From the NCBI GenBank assembly GCA_028277085.1, contig JANQHL010000230.1:1-57859 (forward strand): DNA of 57,859 nucleotides. Direction: 5' to 3'. A program made the translations under genes and the position numbers. The notes under the pieces were generated by a model that saw only the letters and a program-made list of their open reading frames with translations, did not search any database and was not told the origin of the DNA. The stretch is from Flavobacteriaceae bacterium. GTDB taxonomy: Bacteria > Bacteroidota > Bacteroidia > Flavobacteriales > Flavobacteriaceae. The first letter of the stretch is position 1. Each line of letters opens with the position of its first letter. Below are positions 56,490 through 57,859 of the stretch, piece after piece.

Positions 56490-56660
56490 TTAGTCAAATG
56501 GGAATCCTGTAACTACCCTAAAAACAAAGGCGTAAAGCACCACAAAGAACATTATAAAACAAAACCATGAGAATATCTTAAAAGACCGTTGCAATAGGAT
56601 ATTTCCGAGGTTTCTGAAAGCTTCTAAATAAATCTCTTTAACAAGTAAAAATCTTTTCAT
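56490..56660 (-). CDS. Small 56-aa membrane protein (DUF6747-like), absent from the ORF track
   Basis: Hand translation: MKRFLLVKEIYLEAFRNLGNILLQRSFKIFSWFCFIMFFVVLYAFVFRVVTGFPFD*, with one TM helix. Resembles a small Flavobacteriaceae family recalled from memory. Confidence 0.8.
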   Translation of the reverse strand: MKRFLLVKEIYLEAFRNLGNILLQRSFKIFSWFCFIMFFVVLYAFVFRVVTGFPFD

Positions 56661-56923
56661 AAGTAAGCATTTTTAGATTTGTATTTGAGACAAATTTTGT
56701 GCTTTACCGGCCTACTTAAAAAAGAAAAGGACGAACAGTCACAAAAAGGAGATCAGCTACTGTTTTAGAATTTACAATCTTTAAGCGGTTGGTTTTTGTC
56801 GACGACTATCAAGGGAACCAATGGCGTTTATCGATGGCTCAATTCGATGAATGGTAGAAATGGGGTATCAATTCCTATTGTCCGGTAAACTCAAGCACGA
56901 CTTCCGTAAATAGTAGTACAGCA

Positions 56924-57859
56924 CTACATTTCCAATATTACGAATTCTGACCTACGGTTTTGTTTGTGTTGTGCTTTAGAACAGGGGGTTCCGTTGGCAC
57001 ATTTGTTTATGAGGTGCTCTTCTCCATATCCAATTGCGCTTGCAATCCGATCAGCAGGAATGCCTTTTGAAATAAGATAGTCTCTCGAGGCTTTCGCGCG
57101 CTTATCTGAAAGGAGTTGATTGTAAGCCCTTGGTCCCCGGGAATCGGTATGAGATTCGATCCTAATGACCATGTTTGGATATTTTTCCCATACCTGTACC
57201 AATTTATTTAATTCTTCTTGAGCAGCTTTGGTAATGGTATATTTATCAAAATCAAAGTAAATAGCATCCGTTTTCAACTTCCGTTCTCCTTCCTCTAAAA
57301 CAATAATGTCGTCTACAGGTTTCAATGGAACTTCTACTACTTCCGGGGCACCGCTTTTGGTCTGGACAGGGAGTTCGTTTTCCACATATTCATCGGCGTT
57401 GGCTAATAAGGTATATTCTGTATGTTCAGGGAGATCTTCAAAAACAAAACTACCATCAGCCCCTGAAACCACTTCCTGTAAGGCTTTGGTATTCTCATCC
57501 AAAAGGATAACGGCAGCATCTGGAAGAACCGTTCCTGAGATCAAATCTTTTACGATTCCTGAGATTGCAGTAGTATTCTCCTTCGGTTGTTCAATTAGTA
57601 ATTGTTTAAACGAATAGATATCGTCATCCCCCTTGCCTCCTTGTCGGTTAGAGGCAAAGTAACCCGAATGATTAGTTTCATTAATAGTTAAGGAGAAATC
57701 ATCCCGGTTGCTGTTTATAGGCATTCCCATGTTCGTAGCCACATTAAAAACATTGTCGGAATACCTAGCGTTGTAAACGTCCAGACCACCATAACCAAAG
57801 GGTCTGTCCGAAGAAAAGTAAATGGAATTTTCTGTCACGAAAGGAAACATCTCCTTTTC
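56924..57859 (-). CDS. OmpA-family peptidoglycan-binding protein with PD40 repeats and carboxypeptidase-regulatory-like domain (PorE-like), 5'-truncated
   Basis: YFSSDR..G.GGLDVY and YFASNR.GG.G.DDIY (PD40); IYFDFDK, IESHTDSRG...YN..LS..RA and NRRSEF (OmpA). The frame stays open to the window end. Confidence 0.88.
   Translation of the reverse strand, partial: EKEMFPFVTENSIYFSSDRPFGYGGLDVYNARYSDNVFNVATNMGMPINSNRDDFSLTINETNHSGYFASNRQGGKGDDDIYSFKQLLIEQPKENTTAISGIVKDLISGTVLPDAAVILLDENTKALQEVVSGADGSFVFEDLPEHTEYTLLANADEYVENELPVQTKSGAPEVVEVPLKPVDDIIVLEEGERKLKTDAIYFDFDKYTITKAAQEELNKLVQVWEKYPNMVIRIESHTDSRGPRAYNQLLSDKRAKASRDYLISKGIPADRIASAIGYGEEHLINKCANGTPCSKAQHKQNRRSEFVILEM

Overview
Origin-proximal chromosome segment of a Flavobacteriaceae-type Bacteroidota bacterium (taxon inferred from gene content and TAnnTTTG promoters). 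Left to right: an NhaP-type antiporter; an MBL hydrolase/S8/M1/rnpA/S41/hydrolase cluster; elaA-like GNAT, a CDF transporter and rpiB; a ~590-bp AT-rich spacer that looks like oriC (many degenerate DnaA boxes plus a tandem-box/GGC/trio unwinding module, with no dnaA in the window); rnr, DUF2807, LysE, tRNA-Cys and folB; a complete ~19.7-kb sprC-sprD-sprB-sprF gliding-adhesin operon (SprB-like, 4798 aa); glnS, an orphan lipoprotein, SPFH, gltX and DUF4175-ybeY-mnmG with parS palindromes on both sides of mnmG; a methyltransferase, Skp, DoxX, holB, pgk, mltD-like, DUF4837, a 56-aa membrane ORF missing from the ORF track, and a 5'-truncated OmpA/PorE-like gene. No CRISPR array, transposase, integrase or prophage was seen. 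The best leads are the dnaA-less origin, parS sites embedded in coding sequence, a lectin-like domain grafted into one SprB stalk repeat, and the position and orientation of the adhesin operon next to the origin. A 60-bp fold-back at base 1 and two G>T-type changes in the S8 protease may be assembly artefacts. All family calls come from motif recognition, not database searches.
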